64,000 bases of DNA from Candidatus Tayloriibacteriota bacterium. GTDB taxonomy: Bacteria > Patescibacteriota > Minisyncoccia > Phycocordibacterales > SIBU01. How positions within the stretch are numbered: position 1 is the stretch's first letter; the number at the start of each line of letters is the position of its first letter. The translations under genes were made by a program, and so were the position numbers. The notes under the pieces were generated by a model. The model had not been told where the DNA came from. It saw nothing but the letters and a program-made list of their open reading frames with translations, and did no database searches. Location of the stretch: the NCBI GenBank assembly GCA_016188455.1, contig JACPHR010000018.1, positions 5,079 through 69,078 of the forward strand. The letters run 5' to 3'. Shown piece by piece: positions 61,746 to 64,000 of the stretch.

Positions 61746-62872
61746 TAGGCCTTTTTTATTCCGCCCTTGGCCAGCTCGCTTCGGAGAGTGCTCTCAATGT
61801 CCGCGGTCACCATTTCCTTGATGAGTTCGTGGAATTTTATTTTCGGTTTCCAGCCCAGTTCCTTAGAGGCTTTTCGAGGGTCGGCGCGCAGCGAATTGAC
61901 TTCCGCCGGTCGGAAATAGTTGAGGTCAATCGCCACTAGCACGTCTCCGGTCTTCGCGTCCACGCCTTTTTCATTCTGGCCGGCGCCGCGCCATTTCAGA
62001 GTGACGCCGATTTGCTTGAACGCCAGTTCGCACAATTGCCGGACCGAGTGCTGTCTGCCGGTGCCTATGACGTAATCTTTCGGTTTCGGCTGCTGGAGCA
62101 TCAGGTACATGGCTTCCACGTAGTCTTGGGCGTGGCCCCAGTCGCGGCGGGCTTCCAGGTTGCCGAGGTAGAGTTTGTTTTGAAGCCCCAATTTTATTTT
62201 TGCCACCGCCGACGTGATTTTTCGGCTGACGAAGGTTTCGCCGCGCCGCGGGCTTTCGTGGTTGAAGAGAATGCCGTTGACGGCGAAGAGGCCGTAGGAT
62301 TCGCGGTAGTTGATGGTGGCGTAGTAGGCGGCCGCTTTGGAAACGCCGTAGGGCGACCGGGGAGCGAATTTCGTGTTTTCATTTTGCGGCGGCGGAGCCG
62401 AGCCGAACATCTCGCTTGACGACGCTTGGTAAAATTTTACTTTCTTGCCGGTTTGTTTTTGGTAGTCGCGGATGGCTTCAAGGACGCGGAAGACCCCGAG
62501 GCCAGTGATATTGCCGGTGTACTCCGCCATGTCAAAGGACACTTTTACGTGCGATTGGGCGGCGAGGTTGTAAATTTCATCCGGTTCAAGGGTAAAAATC
62601 AGTTTCTTAATGTTGCTCGCGTCCGACAGGTCGCCGTAGTGGAGAAAAAGTCGGGTGCCGCGAATGTGCGGGTCCTGATAAAGGTGCTCAATCCGGCCGG
62701 TATTGAAAGTGGAAACCCGCCGGATGAGCCCGTGCACCTCGTAACCCTTTTTGAGCAGAAGCTCGGTGAGATACGAGCCGTCCTGGCCGGTGATGCCGGT
62801 GATGAAAGCGCGTTTAACTTTTTTAGTATTCTTTGTCGCGCGCGCGGTTTTCATTTTAGATTCTTTTTTCAT
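61745..62872 (-). CDS. gmd: GDP-mannose 4,6-dehydratase
   Basis: [46 protein letters not shown]. Confidence 0.96.
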   Translation of the reverse strand: MKKESKMKTARATKNTKKVKRAFITGITGQDGSYLTELLLKKGYEVHGLIRRVSTFNTGRIEHLYQDPHIRGTRLFLHYGDLSDASNIKKLIFTLEPDEIYNLAAQSHVKVSFDMAEYTGNITGLGVFRVLEAIRDYQKQTGKKVKFYQASSSEMFGSAPPPQNENTKFAPRSPYGVSKAAAYYATINYRESYGLFAVNGILFNHESPRRGETFVSRKITSAVAKIKLGLQNKLYLGNLEARRDWGHAQDYVEAMYLMLQQPKPKDYVIGTGRQHSVRQLCELAFKQIGVTLKWRGAGQNEKGVDAKTGDVLVAIDLNYFRPAEVNSLRADPRKASKELGWKPKIKFHELIKEMVTADIESTLRSELAKGGIKKA

Positions 62873-62886
62873 ACATTATTTGGTTT

Positions 62887-62971
62887 CGATGCGAATATAC
62901 TAATTTACTAATCATACTAATGGGCGTTTTCTCAATTCGCATCATTAGCATGAATTCGTATATTAGCATCG
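62887..62971. repeat. Gene-less inverted TACKAAT arrays upstream of gmd
   Basis: CGATGCGAATATACTAATT..AATTCGTATATTAGCATCG. Confidence 0.65.
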
Positions 62972-63014
62972 CTACTGCGTCAGCCAGTATAACATGTTCC
63001 ACCGCGTGAATGTT

Positions 63015-63260
63015 CTACCAATTTTTGATTTTTCTTACCACCGTTCGTTTGAGTTTTCGGTAGGATTTCGCCGTTTCCCGCTCCAGTTCGGGGGAGAGCA
63101 TATGCAAAAGTTCTTTGCCGAGAATTCGGTACTGGCCGCCGACTTTGTTGGCGCGAATCAGGCCGCGTTTCAAAAGCCGCTTAATCGTGCTCTCGCTTAT
63201 TTTAAGAATTTTTTGGGTTTCGGCTGTCGTATAAACAGCCTGTTCCTTGATCTCTTCCAT
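63015..63260 (-). CDS. Excisionase/MerR-type helix-turn-helix protein
   Basis: YTTAETQKILKISESTIKRLLKRGLIRANKVGGQYRI. Confidence 0.8.
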   Translation of the reverse strand: MEEIKEQAVYTTAETQKILKISESTIKRLLKRGLIRANKVGGQYRILGKELLHMLSPELERETAKSYRKLKRTVVRKIKNW

Positions 63261-63367
63261 AAAGTTTAAAAGTTGCAAGTTAGAAAGTTTGAAAGTTACA
63301 AAGCATGAAAACCTGCGCACTTTTTACTTTCCAACTTTTTTCTTGCGTACTTGTCGCTTTCTAACTT
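63261..63367. repeat. Inverted 8-mer-period arrays (AAAGTT/AACTTT)
   Basis: AAGTTAGAAAG 63277-63287 / CTTTCTAACTT 63357-63367 plus degenerate units. Confidence 0.6.
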
Positions 63368-63469
63368 ACTATAAGTGTCAAAAGGTGTCAACTCGGTTCA
63401 CCTGCTTTTCTTTTATAACACGGCGCGCGGGTGTTTTGTTATCGGACACCGATGTGCTATAGTATGTTT

Positions 63470-63673
63470 ATGGCAACCTTACGCTACAAAAATAAGTTGA
63501 CACACGCGGTTCGCAAGCAGGTGGCGGCGGCTTTTCGGGAACTGTTGAGCGACCCGGATGCGGGGTCTGTGCTTCGTCCCGCATTTGAGTCGCGTCTTCG
63601 GAAGTCGGTCAGGTCCGCGGAGGCCGGGCGAGTGAAAGATTTTTCGGAAATTTTTAAGCGATATCGGGTGTAA
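63470..63673 (+). CDS. Putative antitoxin
   Basis: Small ORF with DPDAG..LRP directly upstream of a RelE gene. Confidence 0.65.
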   Translation: MATLRYKNKLTHAVRKQVAAAFRELLSDPDAGSVLRPAFESRLRKSVRSAEAGRVKDFSEIFKRYRV

Positions 63674-63678
63674 CGACC

Positions 63679-63954
63679 ATGTGGCGATTTCGCTTTTCTT
63701 TGGAGGCCGAAACCGATTTTGCCCGCCTTGAGCGGATTATGCAAAAGCGTGTTGCGAAAAAGTTGCGTTACTTTGAAGCTCATTTTGAAGAGACCGTTCC
63801 GTCTCCGCTCGGGGGCGCGTGGAATGGTTTTTTCAAACTGCGGGTCGGGGATTGGCGCATTGTGTACGGGGTTCACAATGCGAACGAGCTCATTACTGTG
63901 TATGTGATTGACCACCGAAGCCGGATTTATAGAAGAACTCCGCCAAGACTGTAG
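63679..63954 (+). CDS. RelE/ParE-family toxin
   Basis: PLGG..FKLRVGDWRIVY..IDHRSRIY. Confidence 0.88.
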   Translation: MWRFRFSLEAETDFARLERIMQKRVAKKLRYFEAHFEETVPSPLGGAWNGFFKLRVGDWRIVYGVHNANELITVYVIDHRSRIYRRTPPRL

Positions 63955-64000
63955 AGTTTGTTCTGTAAAAAGTACCTGACTCTTTCTCCTCCAGTGTGCG

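Noticed and set aside
1-64000. Alternative genetic code (TGA as Gly/Trp, or TAG read-through)
   Set aside because: TGA and TAG end many full-length genes, often in ATGA overlaps; in-frame stops are confined to evident remnants

Overview
A ~64 kb surface-polysaccharide/glycosylation region. It looks Patescibacteria (CPR/Parcubacteria)-like: code 11, ATGA-coupled genes, few Shine-Dalgarno sites; this assignment is inference. It encodes rmlBAD, gmd/fcl, wzm/wzt, many GT2/GT4/GT-C enzymes, GT10/GT11/GT23-like fucosyltransferases, a NeuB fusion, methyltransferases, a split transketolase and Gln-dependent NadE. The block at 22.4-31.6 kb matches the enzyme families of the lincosamide GDP-octose pathway almost gene for gene. 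On top of this sits a dense population of small non-coding palindromic elements in at least six families. Three insertions lie in frame inside enzymes (NadE +53 aa, HddC-like +43 aa, Ugd-like +36 aa), each with a short flanking direct repeat. One family (CCCGTTAGA..TCTAACGGG) repeatedly lands on start codons. Elements nest inside each other and show compensatory base changes. Candidate mobilisers are a RAYT/Y1 transposase gene with perfect 21-bp inverted ends and iterated end copies, and a GxxExxY nuclease gene with perfect 14-bp inverted ends. Also present: stand-alone promoter-gene-terminator cassettes, a 30-bp direct-repeat-bounded methyltransferase with an (AG)10 tract, a BECR-like protein facing a putative pseudoknotted small RNA, two RelE-type TA pairs, and RHS and IS481 remnants. 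All calls come from reading motifs by eye; no searches were run. Some frameshifts and deletions could be assembly errors.
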